Source of the DNA: Hyphomicrobiales bacterium
GTDB taxonomy: Bacteria; Pseudomonadota; Alphaproteobacteria; Rhizobiales; Beijerinckiaceae
Length of the DNA: 64,000 nt
Direction: 5' to 3'
Assembly: GCA_031428455.1 (NCBI GenBank)
Contig: JANPPJ010000098.1
Coordinates: forward strand, 9,304 to 73,303
Part shown: in pieces, positions 37,235-46,855 of the stretch
Layout of the letters: every line of letters starts with the position of its first letter
Numbering within the stretch: position 1 is the stretch's first letter
Program-made: the position numbers and the translations under genes
The notes under the pieces: model-generated
What the model was told of the DNA's origin: nothing
Databases searched by the model: none
Seen by the model: only the letters and a program-made list of their open reading frames with translations

Positions 37235-38253
37235 GACCCAGCCTCGGTGCGAACGCGTTGCCCCTCGCGCATTTGCGTCGAGATGGGCGAGACGACTTGC
37301 TGCTTATCCTTCAGACCGCTGATGATTTCCACCATACGCGCGCCGCGCAATCCTGCTTCAATCTTGCTGCGCTTCAGGCGACCGTCCACCACTGTGAAGA
37401 CATGGTCCTGCAGCATCGCTTCCGCTGGCAGAAGGAGCACGTCCTTCTTTTCCTGAGTGACGATGTTGGCTTCCACGCTCATGCCAATCAGCAGCGGGGT
37501 CTCGTCCGGCAATGACAGATAGACGCGAAACGTCTTCGTCTGCGGATCGCCCTTGGGCGTAATGTCTCCGACTTTCGCATCGAGAGTCCTGCCGCGAAAA
37601 CCTTCCGAGCGCAGCAGCACGCGCTGGCCCGCCCGCACGCGCGGTATGTCTTCTTCGTTGACGTCCGCGACGATGCGAAGCGGGCGCGGCTGGCCGACCC
37701 AGAAGAGAACATCGTTCGTGCCAGTGCCTGCTATTTCGCCGATCTCGCCATCGCGGCGCAACACCACGCCATCCATCGGCGCGCGCAGAACAAGTTCGTC
37801 GATGCGCTCTTTGGCCAATTCGATGCGCGCTTCAAATTCGCGCAACTGCGTTTGTGTTTGCTCAAGCTGTGTTTGTGGTGAGATATTGCGTCCTACCAGC
37901 CCGCTGATCCGCTCGACGTCCGATTGCAGACGCTTGCGGCGCGCTTCAAGCTCGGAGAGCAGCGCCTGTTCCTGACTGTCGTCAAGGCGCACGAGCACAT
38001 CGCCTGCTTTGACCGGCTTGCCTTCGCAATAGCAGACATCGACGATGCGCTTGCGCGTGAGCGCGATGACCTTGGCCCATCGCGCGGGCTCGACGATGCC
38101 CGTTGCATACACGACCTCCGCCGCGTCGCCCCTGCCGGCCTCGATCAGCTTTACCTCCTGGCTGAAGCCGCCCGCGCGCCAGAAGACAAAGGCGCCAGCG
38201 GCAGCGCCGACGAGCAGGAGGATCAGGACGATGCGTTTGAACATGGGGCTCAT
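37231..38253 (-). CDS. HlyD-family periplasmic adaptor (membrane fusion protein, DevB-like)
   Basis: A TM anchor (MFKRIVLILLLVGAAAGAFVFW), a coiled-coil region and a beta-barrel region. Start is uncertain (38253, 38244 or 38298). Confidence 0.8.
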   Translation of the reverse strand: MSPMFKRIVLILLLVGAAAGAFVFWRAGGFSQEVKLIEAGRGDAAEVVYATGIVEPARWAKVIALTRKRIVDVCYCEGKPVKAGDVLVRLDDSQEQALLSELEARRKRLQSDVERISGLVGRNISPQTQLEQTQTQLREFEARIELAKERIDELVLRAPMDGVVLRRDGEIGEIAGTGTNDVLFWVGQPRPLRIVADVNEEDIPRVRAGQRVLLRSEGFRGRTLDAKVGDITPKGDPQTKTFRVYLSLPDETPLLIGMSVEANIVTQEKKDVLLLPAEAMLQDHVFTVVDGRLKRSKIEAGLRGARMVEIISGLKDKQQVVSPISTQMREGQRVRTEAGS

Positions 38254-38444
38254 TCCGTGGACGTTCTGGCCGTGGACGTTCTGGATATCCCACGCCATGG
38301 TGCGAGGGGCATTGTGCTGGCGCAAGGGCGCCACAAGCGGGGCCGTGGGTATCCTTGTTTCAGCTTCCTGTTGTGCATGGTCGCGGTCTTTGTGAAGATG
38401 CGTAAAGGCGCCCGGCAGCGACGCATAGAGAAATGGTGGAACAC

Positions 38445-39788
38445 ATGTCCCAGGCGACCGCAACGACCGCGCACTTCGCCCCCAATGATCTTGAGGCATA
38501 CTGGATGCCCTTCTCAGGCAATCGCGCGTTCAAGAAAGCGCCGCGCATGATCGTGGGCGCCAAGGATATGCATTATACCTCATCCGACGGGCGCGAGCTG
38601 ATCGACGGATGCGCGGGCCTGTGGTGCGTCAATGCGGGCCACGCGCGCGCGCCCATCGTGGCCGCTATCCAGCAGCAGGCGGGCGATCTCGATTATTCGC
38701 CGCCTTTCCAGTACGGAAATCCGAAGGCGTTTCAAGTCGCGACCCGCGTTGCGGCGCTGGCGCCCGGCGATATGGACCATGTGTTCTTCGCCAATTCCGG
38801 CTCTGAGGCCGTGGACACTGCGCTCAAGATTGCGCTGGCTTTCCATAACGCCAGCGGCGCGGGCGCCCGGCAGCGGCTGATTGGCCGTGTGCGCGGCTAT
38901 CACGGCGTCGGCTTTGGCGGCATCTCGGTGGGCGGCATGGTGGCCAACCGCAAGACGTTCGGCCCCGGCCTGCCGGGCGTCGATCATCTGCCCACCACCT
39001 ACAACAAGGACCAGCACGCCTTCTCGCGCGGCGAGCCTGAGTGGGGGGCGCATCTGGCCGATGATCTGGAAAACATCGTCGCGCTGCATGACGCCTCGAC
39101 CATTGCGGCCGTGATCGTGGAGCCGATGTCGGGCTCCGCCGGCGTGCTGCCCGCGCCCGTTGGCTATCTGCAGAAGCTTCGGCAGATTTGCGACAAGCAC
39201 GGCATCCTGCTCATCTTCGACGAGGTGATCACCGGGTTCGGGCGACTGGGCTATGCGTTCGCAGCCGAGCGTTATGGCGTGATCCCGGACATGATCTGCT
39301 TCGCCAAGGGCGTCACGTCGGGCACCGTGCCCATGGGCGGGGTCATCGCGCGCAAGCATATCTACGACGCCTTCATGACGGGCCCCGATCACATGGTGGA
39401 GCTGTTCCACGGTTATACCTATTCGGCTCATCCGCTGGCCTGCGCCGCCGCGCTTGCAACGCTCAAGGTATATGAGGATGAAAAGCTGTTCGAAAACGCC
39501 CTGCGTCTTGAAGGCGCGTTCGGCGACGCGATCCATGGCCTGAAAGGCCTTCCCAACGTCATCGACATCCGCACCATCGGCATCGCCGCCGCCATCGATC
39601 TTGCCCCTTCGCCCGAGGGCGCAGGCAAGCGCGGATACGCGGCGATGGAGGAAGCCTTCCACCGTCAGGATATTCTGGTGCGCGTGTCCGGCGACACGAT
39701 GGTCCTGTGCCCTCCGCTCATGGTCACGGGGGATCAGATTGGCGAAATCGCCGACAAGACGGCTCGCGTCATTCGGGCCGTCGCCTGA
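38445..39788 (+). CDS. class III aminotransferase (omega-amino acid / beta-alanine--pyruvate type)
   Basis: YWMPFSGNRAFKKAPRMIV..., LIFDEVITGFGRLG, and the PLP-lysine region FAKGVTSG. Confidence 0.85.
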   Translation: MSQATATTAHFAPNDLEAYWMPFSGNRAFKKAPRMIVGAKDMHYTSSDGRELIDGCAGLWCVNAGHARAPIVAAIQQQAGDLDYSPPFQYGNPKAFQVATRVAALAPGDMDHVFFANSGSEAVDTALKIALAFHNASGAGARQRLIGRVRGYHGVGFGGISVGGMVANRKTFGPGLPGVDHLPTTYNKDQHAFSRGEPEWGAHLADDLENIVALHDASTIAAVIVEPMSGSAGVLPAPVGYLQKLRQICDKHGILLIFDEVITGFGRLGYAFAAERYGVIPDMICFAKGVTSGTVPMGGVIARKHIYDAFMTGPDHMVELFHGYTYSAHPLACAAALATLKVYEDEKLFENALRLEGAFGDAIHGLKGLPNVIDIRTIGIAAAIDLAPSPEGAGKRGYAAMEEAFHRQDILVRVSGDTMVLCPPLMVTGDQIGEIADKTARVIRAVA

Positions 39789-39896
39789 GAGCGACGATCT
39801 GTTGTGGCTATCAAAAATCGTCTCATGATCGATTAGACAAAAGCCCTCCTGTGACCCATCTTCAACTCGACAGAAGACGGATCGAAAGGACGGGAT

Positions 39897-40406
39897 ATGA
39901 GCAAGAAAGCTTCAAAGACGAGCGCGGTCTCAAGCCGCACGCGCATCGATCTGGGCGAAAATACCCGCCGGCAGATGAGCGATCTCCTCAACGCGCGGCT
40001 GGCTGACGCACTGGACCTGGCCGGCCAGTGCAAGCAGGCGCACTGGAACGTGAAGGGCCCGAACTTCAGCGCCTTGCACGAATTGTTCGACACCCTGCAC
40101 GCCAACGTCAACCTGCACGTCGACACCATCGCCGAACGGGTTGTGGCGCTGGGCTGCACGGCGTTTGGCACGGCGGCCATCGTCGCGGAAAAGACGACGC
40201 TGCCCGCGTATCCCACGGATATCCGCTCCGGGCGCGACCACGCCGATCGCATGAGCATCGCCTTTGCCGCGTTCGCGAAGGTGACCCGCGCCGCCATCGA
40301 GACTGCGGAGGAGGCGGGCGACGCCGTCACGGCTGACCTGTTTACGGCGGTCGGGGCCCAGACCGACAAGGATCTGTGGATGCTCGACGCTCATCTGGAA
40401 GACTAG
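39897..40406 (+). CDS. dps: DNA starvation/stationary-phase protection protein
   Basis: LNARLADALDLAGQCKQAHWNVKGPNFSALHELFD and C-terminal DKDLWMLDAHLED are typical of Dps. Confidence 0.9.
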   Translation: MSKKASKTSAVSSRTRIDLGENTRRQMSDLLNARLADALDLAGQCKQAHWNVKGPNFSALHELFDTLHANVNLHVDTIAERVVALGCTAFGTAAIVAEKTTLPAYPTDIRSGRDHADRMSIAFAAFAKVTRAAIETAEEAGDAVTADLFTAVGAQTDKDLWMLDAHLED

Positions 40407-40484
40407 CGCAGCTATCGCATCACCGAAGGCGCCAGCGAAGTCATGCGCAACGTCGTTGCCCGGCACGTGCTGAAAGCCTATTAG
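40407..40484 (+). pseudogene. relic of an acyl-CoA dehydrogenase C terminus
   Basis: Translates as RSYRITEGASEVMRNVVARHVLKAY*, which resembles the conserved ACAD C-terminal helix (..IYEGTSEIQRLVIAR..L). It starts directly after, and in frame with, the dps TAG. Confidence 0.55.
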
Positions 40485-40493
40485 AATTATTCC

Positions 40494-40524
40494 TGCGGCG
40501 CAGTTGAAAAAAGGCTGCGCCGCA
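40494..40524. terminator. hairpin between convergent dps and Bug genes
   Basis: TGCGGCGCAG-N11-CTGCGCCGCA, a 10-bp stem. The loop is A/T-rich and there is no strong flanking T-run. Confidence 0.5.
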
Positions 40525-40526
40525 AA

Positions 40527-41537
40527 TTACTTGCCTTCATTCAGGCGGCGGATGGCGTCCAGCGTTGCGGCAGGCGTCGCGTAAAGTTTTTCGACCAGCG
40601 ACTGCAATTCTTCGCCTGTCACGGGATCAATTTCGAGCTTCTCGCGATCCGCCTCTGCAAGCGCGTCCTTGTCCTTCAATATTTGCGCAAACGCAGTGCG
40701 CAGCAACGCCACTCGATCAGCCGGCACGCCCGGCGTCGTGAGCGTGGTCCACGCAAGCGTCGCGTCCGATGTGAGGAATTCCATGATCTGCCGCGCTTCA
40801 TCCGTCTTGGCGAGATCGACGGCGAGCGGCACATCCTTGAGTTCAGGATCGCTCTGCGGCGCAAACTGAACAAGAAAACGTACCTTCTTCTCCGTGTACC
40901 AGTTCATCGCGCGCTGCTTGAGCGAGCCCAGCGCCCACCCGCAATAACCATCAACCTCGCCCTTCTCCAGCGCGAGCGTGATTTCGTTGCCGCCAGGATA
41001 GCCCGAGACAATCTTGAATTTCGTCCCCACCAGCTCATTGAGCGCGCGTGGAAAACTGAGCGTGCGCGACCCCGGCCCTGTCGCGCCGACGCTTGTCTCG
41101 CGCCCGATCACATCCTGAATGGTCTTGATGGGACTGGTGTGCCAGACCAGACACGTGATGTTGTCGCGCGACTTGCCGACAAGCCAGTTGAACTGACGTG
41201 GATCATATTTGGCGCGCGGATTGCCAAGCGCAGCTTCCCACACCGTGCCGCCGCCCAGAACGCCCAGCACAGTGCCATCTCGCGGCGCCGCATTGTACAT
41301 GTGCGTGGCTGCAATGAGGCTGCCCGCGCCCGGCATGTTCTGCACGATCACGTTCGGCTTGCCCGGCAGAAAGCGCGGCAGATGGCGCGCGTAAAACCGC
41401 GCCATCTGATCGTAGGTGCCGCCAGGTGTGAACCCCACGACGATGTTGATCGTCTTGCCCTGATAAAAATCGCTTTGCGCCGCAGCGCCCGTGACGCTCG
41501 CCAACGAAAGAGACGCTGCCCACAAAATCTTTTTCAT
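40527..41537 (-). CDS. Bug/TctC family substrate-binding protein
   Basis: Signal peptide MKKILWAASLSLASVTGAAAQ. FYQGKTINIVVGFTPGGTYDQMARFYARHLPRFLPGKPNVIVQNMPGAGS. Confidence 0.9.
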   Translation of the reverse strand: MKKILWAASLSLASVTGAAAQSDFYQGKTINIVVGFTPGGTYDQMARFYARHLPRFLPGKPNVIVQNMPGAGSLIAATHMYNAAPRDGTVLGVLGGGTVWEAALGNPRAKYDPRQFNWLVGKSRDNITCLVWHTSPIKTIQDVIGRETSVGATGPGSRTLSFPRALNELVGTKFKIVSGYPGGNEITLALEKGEVDGYCGWALGSLKQRAMNWYTEKKVRFLVQFAPQSDPELKDVPLAVDLAKTDEARQIMEFLTSDATLAWTTLTTPGVPADRVALLRTAFAQILKDKDALAEADREKLEIDPVTGEELQSLVEKLYATPAATLDAIRRLNEGK

Positions 41538-41549
41538 TGCACCTCTCCG

Positions 41550-42275
41550 TCAGAGCATCTCGGCCAGCAGGCGACCAAAGCCGGGGACCTTCTGCCTAAG
41601 TCCCAAATGGCGCTGAATATCCCAGCACTGCGATGGCACCGCATGAACAACCGGCACGCCGCAGTCTTGCTCAAGCGCGTCGATAATGTCGAGCGTGCGC
41701 CACCCCGGTCCAAGCATGTAAATAGCTTGCGCGCTGGGATGCTTGCTCATCTCCTCACGAATCCAAGCGTAGATAACGCGGCTCGAATAATCCTGAATCT
41801 TCTGGAACGGCGCATCAAATCCCACCATGTCCAGCACGTTGAAACCAGCGTCCTCAAAATAGCGGCCGTAAATCTTGTTGATCGCGCCCGGAAAATAACT
41901 GAAGCCAACGAACCGTTGAGCGCCGAGCACGCGCAAGGCGTCGACATGCGTGGTGCCGGACGTAAAGACCGGCTTGCCGTAGTTCTTGCGCCACTCGCGA
42001 ATAAGCGCCGCCTCTCCCTCATAGCCCAGCACCATGAACGGTGGAGCGCCGGATGGATTGATGACATCAACGCCAATTTCGGCCAGCTTGGCGACCTTTC
42101 GTCCGTAGCGTTCAAGCGCAATCTTGAACTCGTCCTGCGTGCCGCGCTCAATCTCGGCGAACAGCGGAATAATGCCCACGCCATCCGGCAACATCTTGAT
42201 CAGCTCTTCCATGCCGCCGGGACGATAAGTGGGGCGCACAAGGCCTGCCGTGCCGCGCCATGACCCGAATGGCAT
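41550..42275 (-). CDS. Asp/Glu/hydantoin racemase superfamily protein (maleate isomerase / arylmalonate decarboxylase-like)
   Basis: 241 aa with the pattern ...GLVRPTYRPG...INPSGAPPFMVLG...TSGTTHVDALR...IYMLGPGWRTLDII... as in COG3473-type enzymes. 12 nt upstream of the Bug gene. Confidence 0.7.
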   Translation of the reverse strand: MPFGSWRGTAGLVRPTYRPGGMEELIKMLPDGVGIIPLFAEIERGTQDEFKIALERYGRKVAKLAEIGVDVINPSGAPPFMVLGYEGEAALIREWRKNYGKPVFTSGTTHVDALRVLGAQRFVGFSYFPGAINKIYGRYFEDAGFNVLDMVGFDAPFQKIQDYSSRVIYAWIREEMSKHPSAQAIYMLGPGWRTLDIIDALEQDCGVPVVHAVPSQCWDIQRHLGLRQKVPGFGRLLAEML

Positions 42276-42448
42276 ATTTTACTCCCAAAAATGCATGACA
42301 ACGTGCGCAGGCGATGCACGCCGCGCGCGTCCCTTCATCTGACCATCTGGGATGATCAGAATCAAGCCAACGAGCCGCTGTCAACGCACAATGAGAATGT
42401 CCCCTTGAAAAATGCTCTAGATAAACTCATCCGTGAATTTTCGTGGTC

Positions 42449-42484
42449 CAAAAAAATAAAAGCGCGCCTGCGGGGCGCGCTTTT
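42449..42484 (-). terminator. rho-independent terminator of the M15A lipoprotein gene
   Basis: On the minus strand: AGCGCGCC-loop-GGCGCGCT followed by TTTTATTTTTTT. Confidence 0.75.
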
Positions 42485-42507
42485 CTACATTCTGCTGGTC
42501 GCCTGCT

Positions 42508-43380
42508 TTACCAGCGCCAGGCGAACCGCTCGGCGCGAACATCGATATGGGTCAGGGCCACACGCCGGTAAGTGCCTACGCCGTTTACGCCGGGAATACC
42601 CCGCGCCACCCGCGCCACTTCGCCGGGCGACACGCCAACCACGCGGATGTCTGCCGCCTTGCAGGACCTATGCAGCGAGCCGCGTCTTCCGCGATCGCGC
42701 TTGCCGGAGGTGACAAGGACCTCGCTGTTGAAATGCGTGGCGATCTGATCGAGCGCCCTGCGCAGCGTTTCAGGAAAGCAACTTGTCTGCACGTCGTCGT
42801 AAGCCGCGCGCCATTTCACCCCGCCGGTGCGGCCAATGCTCGGCGCAGCGCCCGTGAGTTCAAACTGCGCCGGCGCATAAGCGATGTTGGTGGCGCGCAG
42901 TCCGCCTTCGGGAAGAGGTGCGCCAGCTGTCTTGAATTCATAAGCGCCAAGTGACGCGGCTTCCGCGCGCCTGGCTGTCTGGGGCGGAGCGTTCGTGATC
43001 AGCGGGATAGCGCCAGTAACATCGACAAGGGCGGGGCGGCTAAGCTCCGCAGTCGCTGCGGACACACCCGGTGCAGAGACGGCGGCGATTTGCACGCGGT
43101 CGCCGAAGTTGGGACGCGCAGGCGGAATGGGCGGATTTTCCGGCGCTTTGAAGTCGCCCGGGATACCAATCACCTCGGCCACCTGAACACGCGGCGCGGG
43201 CGCAAAAAACGCTGCGAAACCGCTTGGGGCAGGCGAAGTCTTTGAAATTTCTGCAACGTGCCAGATGGGCGTCGCCTCGGCCGCATCCGGCGTCTCGGCG
43301 CCCTGCATCGCCATCTGCCCGGTTTGCGTGCACCCGCCAAGCGCGAACGCTGCCGCAAGCAGACATAAAGGTAAACGCAT
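42508..43380 (-). CDS. lipoprotein with C-terminal peptidase M15A (YcbK/DUF882-like) domain
   Basis: Lipobox MRLPLCLLAAAFALGGC. C-terminal TSGKRDRGRRGSLHRSCKAADIRV...GVGTYRRVALTHIDVR carries the H..D..H zinc ligand pattern. The 5' 633 nt of ORF 42508..44013 is a GC-driven extension. Confidence 0.75.
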   Translation of the reverse strand: MRLPLCLLAAAFALGGCTQTGQMAMQGAETPDAAEATPIWHVAEISKTSPAPSGFAAFFAPAPRVQVAEVIGIPGDFKAPENPPIPPARPNFGDRVQIAAVSAPGVSAATAELSRPALVDVTGAIPLITNAPPQTARRAEAASLGAYEFKTAGAPLPEGGLRATNIAYAPAQFELTGAAPSIGRTGGVKWRAAYDDVQTSCFPETLRRALDQIATHFNSEVLVTSGKRDRGRRGSLHRSCKAADIRVVGVSPGEVARVARGIPGVNGVGTYRRVALTHIDVRAERFAWRW

Positions 43381-43554
43381 GCTTAAATAGCCCCGTTGCG
43401 GGCGCGAACGTAGCCGCATGGAGGACTCGGCGTCAAGGCGCCGTGGTACGGGGCCACCCGGTCGTCCTGTCGCCACATTCGCGCGTAAAGACAGTTGTGG
43501 AATTCTCGGCCTTGCGTGCTGGCGTCCCCTGGGCGCGCAGCGGGAGTTTGAACG

Positions 43555-44604
43555 ATGGTGGGCATTCTTTTGGGACGTCAGACGGCTGGCGACGACGTCG
43601 GGAAGGCGCAGGCCGAGCCTGTCAACTGGCTGCCGCGTTCGCGTTTGCGCTCTGGCGGGCGGCGCGATTTCCTGATGACATCGTTGATGGTCGCGACGGT
43701 CAGCCTGATTGCCGCCGCCGCCGGGTTTGCCGCGTGGAGCCGTCACGGAGATGATCCCGCCGCCTTTGCATCCGCCATTCAAAAACCGCCTGAACGGGTG
43801 AGCGTGGCCCGGGCGCCCGTTTTCCCCGCCGCACCAACTGCGCCTTCGGCCCCCGCTGCAGCCCCGGTTCGAAATGTCAGCGCCGCCCCGACAGCGCCGC
43901 CGCCCCCCTCCGAGCCGCGCGCCGCAGGGCAATTGGCCACGGCCCCCTCTTCGACCGTCATCAGTACTGATTCGACAGGCGCCCCCATCGCCCGAGCTTC
44001 GACGCCTGCTCAAGCGGCCCGCATCAAGCCGCGTAGCGAAACTATGCCTCAGCCTGTCTCGCCCCCCCGGCCCGTGGCGGCAGCGCCGCTCACCAATTTC
44101 TCAGCCGGGAGCTTTGAAGTGCTCCCGCCGCTGGCCGGCGTGGCTGACTGGGCGCCCCGGCCTGTCCCCTCGGCGCCAGCGACTCCCCCCGCAGCGCCGC
44201 CGTCATCCCCCTCTCGGACAGACCCGGCGGCGCCTCGCGATCTGTCCAGCGCCGCCCGGTCAGGGCAGGCGCCGCCAGCCGCGAGCCAAGCCGCGAGCCA
44301 AGCCGCAACAAGCCCATCCCCTCCGCCGCAGCGCACGGCGGCGCTCTCGCAGCCTGTTCCTGCCGGAGCCAAAGTCTCCGTTTATCTCGACCAGTACCCC
44401 GATCAAAAAGCCGCCGCCGCCGCCCTGTCGCAAAAGTCCGGCGCCTACGGCAAGGCCATCGGTTCGGCGGGCAAGCTGACCTACACGCGGCGCAATGGCG
44501 ATTCATGGCGCCTGCGCGTCAGCAATCTTGATCAGTCCGCCGCTGAGGCGATGTGCGTTCGCCTGAGAAGCGCGGGCGCGCCATGCTCCATCGGGCCCAA
44601 TTGA
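43555..44604 (+). CDS. SPOR domain-containing protein (membrane-anchored, Pro/Ala-rich linker)
   Basis: GGGAG 8 nt upstream of the ATG. TM segment MTSLMVATVSLIAAAAGFAAW. The C-terminal KVSVYLDQYPDQKAAAAALSQ...WRLRVSNLDQSAAEAMCVRLRSAGAPC is SPOR-like. Confidence 0.75.
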   Translation: MVGILLGRQTAGDDVGKAQAEPVNWLPRSRLRSGGRRDFLMTSLMVATVSLIAAAAGFAAWSRHGDDPAAFASAIQKPPERVSVARAPVFPAAPTAPSAPAAAPVRNVSAAPTAPPPPSEPRAAGQLATAPSSTVISTDSTGAPIARASTPAQAARIKPRSETMPQPVSPPRPVAAAPLTNFSAGSFEVLPPLAGVADWAPRPVPSAPATPPAAPPSSPSRTDPAAPRDLSSAARSGQAPPAASQAASQAATSPSPPPQRTAALSQPVPAGAKVSVYLDQYPDQKAAAAALSQKSGAYGKAIGSAGKLTYTRRNGDSWRLRVSNLDQSAAEAMCVRLRSAGAPCSIGPN

Positions 44605-44687
44605 TCCGGCCTGACGCTCTTTCCTGACGCCGCCTTGCTCCTTGGCGCCTGCGCTCCTAAAAGGCGGCAGCAAGGACTCAGAGCAAA

Positions 44688-46199
44688 ATGACTGATCAGG
44701 CCAACAAGCCCACCCTTACGCAAACCCTCGTGAAGGCGCGCGCGCCGCGCGGGCTGGCGGATCGCGGCCCCGCCGAAATCGCCAGCGCCAGCCGCATGAT
44801 GCAGGCCATACGCGAAATTTACGAACTCTACGGCTTTGAGGCCGTGGAGACGCCGTTCATTGAATACACCGAGGCGCTCGGCAAGTTTTTGCCTGATCTT
44901 GATCGCCCCAACGAGGGCGTGTTTTCGTTTCAGGACGATGACGATCAGTGGCTCTCGCTGCGCTACGATCTCACCGCGCCGCTCGCCCGCTATGTGGCGG
45001 AGAATTTCGACAAGCTGCCAAAGCCCTATCGCAGCTATCGCGCGGGCTTCGTGTTCCGCAATGAAAAGCCCGGCCCGGGCCGCTTCCGCCAGTTCATGCA
45101 GTTCGACGCTGACACGGTAGGCGCAGCCTCCGTCGCGGCGGATGCTGAAATCTGCATGATGGCGGCGGATGCTTTGGAGCGTCTTGGCGTCGCGCGCGGC
45201 GATTACGTCATCAAGGTCAACAACCGCAAGGTGCTCGACGGCGTGCTGGAAGCCGCCGGCCTTGATGGCGAAGGGCGCGGGGCGCAAAAGCTCATCGTGC
45301 TGCGCGCCATCGACAAGCTGGATCGCCTTGGCGCAGAGGGCGTTCGCCTGTTGCTGGGCCCCGGCCGCAAGGATGAATCCGGCGACTTCACCAAGGGCGC
45401 GGACCTCGCGTCCGCCGCCATTGATCGCATCCTCGCGTTCACGTCCGCCAAGGGCGACGACAATTCCACAACACTTCGCCGCCTTGGCGCGGCAGTTGGC
45501 GACAGCGCGCGCGGCGCGCAAGGCGTCGCCGAACTGGCCGAGATGGCCTCGCTGTTCACAGCAGGCGGCTACGACGATGGCCGCGTGATTGTCGACCCCT
45601 CCGTCGTGCGCGGTCTCGAATATTACACAGGCCCCGTCTACGAGGCGGAACTCACCTTCCAGGTGAAGGACGAACATGGCCGCCCTGTGCGCTTTGGCTC
45701 GGTGGGCGGCGGCGGGCGCTACGATGGTCTTGTCGCGCGCTTTCGCGGCGAGCCCGTGCCCGCCACGGGTTTCTCCATCGGCGTTTCGCGCTTGCTCGCT
45801 GCGTTGCAGATGATCAAATCGCCCATCGTGTCCGCCACCGCGCCGCAGGGCCCGGTGGTCGTGCTTGTCATGGATCGCGAGGAGATCGCGCGCTATCAGG
45901 GCTTCGTGGCGACGCTGCGCAAGGCGGGCGTTGCGGCAGAGCTGTATCTTGGATCGGCAGGCATGAACGCGCAGCTGAAATACGCTGATAAGCGCAACAG
46001 CCGCTGCGTCGTTATTCAAGGCTCCAACGAGCGCGACAAGGGCGAGATCATCGTCAAGGATCTGGTGGCAGGCGCAGCGCTCGGCAAAGCCGCCAAGGAC
46101 ATGCCGCGCGAGGAATATCTCGCCCTGAAAGAGCGCGCGCAACTGGCCGTGGGCGAGGCGCATCTCGTGCAGGCCGTGAAGGAAGTGCTGGGGCGCTAG
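44688..46199 (+). CDS. hisS: histidine--tRNA ligase
   Basis: 503 aa. Class II aaRS motifs ([38 protein letters not shown]). Confidence 0.95.
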   Translation: MTDQANKPTLTQTLVKARAPRGLADRGPAEIASASRMMQAIREIYELYGFEAVETPFIEYTEALGKFLPDLDRPNEGVFSFQDDDDQWLSLRYDLTAPLARYVAENFDKLPKPYRSYRAGFVFRNEKPGPGRFRQFMQFDADTVGAASVAADAEICMMAADALERLGVARGDYVIKVNNRKVLDGVLEAAGLDGEGRGAQKLIVLRAIDKLDRLGAEGVRLLLGPGRKDESGDFTKGADLASAAIDRILAFTSAKGDDNSTTLRRLGAAVGDSARGAQGVAELAEMASLFTAGGYDDGRVIVDPSVVRGLEYYTGPVYEAELTFQVKDEHGRPVRFGSVGGGGRYDGLVARFRGEPVPATGFSIGVSRLLAALQMIKSPIVSATAPQGPVVVLVMDREEIARYQGFVATLRKAGVAAELYLGSAGMNAQLKYADKRNSRCVVIQGSNERDKGEIIVKDLVAGAALGKAAKDMPREEYLALKERAQLAVGEAHLVQAVKEVLGR

Positions 46200-46268
46200 T
46201 CGCTTGCTCAACCGCGTTGCGCGCTGCTAGCCTGCGTGCGCAACAAAGAGCAAACGAGGAAACGTTCC

Positions 46269-46787
46269 ATGGAGTCCAAACCCACTCCCATTCGCCGCAT
46301 CATCACCGGCCACGACGCGGCGGGTTCGGCGATGGTTATCATTGACGGCGAGGCGACGAACACGCGCGGCGGCTCATCGCCCGGCCAGTTCAACACGCTG
46401 ATGTGGGCGACGGATGCGATGCCCTGCACCATGCCCGTGGGCGAAGATGCGCCAGACATGGGCGCGCTGAAACTGGGCACCTATCCGCCCGTCAACGGCA
46501 CGCGCTTCATGATCGCGGAATACCCGCCCGGCAACAAGCCGCGCATGCATCGCACTGAGACCATCGACTACATCATCGTGCTCGACGGCAAGATCGACAT
46601 GGAGCTGGACGAGGGCCGCATGGTGACGCTCAACAAGGGCGACGTCATGATCCAGCGCGGCACCTATCACGCATGGATCAACCGCTACGAAGAAACCTGC
46701 CGCATGGCGTTTGTGCTCATCGACGCGGAGCCGCTGGGGATCGGCAAGCCCATCCCGCGCGGCGGGATTGCGGGCGAGGGGCACTGA
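46269..46787 (+). CDS. cupin domain protein
   Basis: GAGGA 8 nt upstream of the ATG. MHRTETIDYIIVLDGKIDMELDEG..VTLNKGDVMIQRGTYHAW is a cupin barrel pattern. Confidence 0.7.
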   Translation: MESKPTPIRRIITGHDAAGSAMVIIDGEATNTRGGSSPGQFNTLMWATDAMPCTMPVGEDAPDMGALKLGTYPPVNGTRFMIAEYPPGNKPRMHRTETIDYIIVLDGKIDMELDEGRMVTLNKGDVMIQRGTYHAWINRYEETCRMAFVLIDAEPLGIGKPIPRGGIAGEGH

Positions 46788-46855
46788 GGGCAAAGTTTTG
46801 AGGGGAGGGCTGGCGCCGTCATGGTCGGCGAAGGCCGACCATCCACGACAGGCCA

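Noticed and set aside
40404-40484. Programmed TAG readthrough fusing Dps to the 25-aa ACAD-like tail
   Set aside because: The in-frame arrangement has a 1/3 chance expectation and no readthrough-promoting context is evident. It is kept only as a side note in the relic finding.
43381-44013. Arg/Gly-rich 211-aa N-terminal extension of ORF 42508..44013
   Set aside because: It overlaps the divergent SPOR gene and has a nonsense-like composition. The lipobox-bearing start MRLPLCLLAAAFALGGC at 43380 gives a normal lipoprotein.
44532-46211. 559-aa ORF on the minus strand
   Set aside because: It is exactly antisense to hisS. The translation is Ala/Arg/Gly/His-rich with no motif, a typical high-GC shadow ORF. 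The same applies to 40683..42263, 49283..50500, 38580..39662, 56029..57087, 58571..59755, 24714..25736 and 19769..20722.
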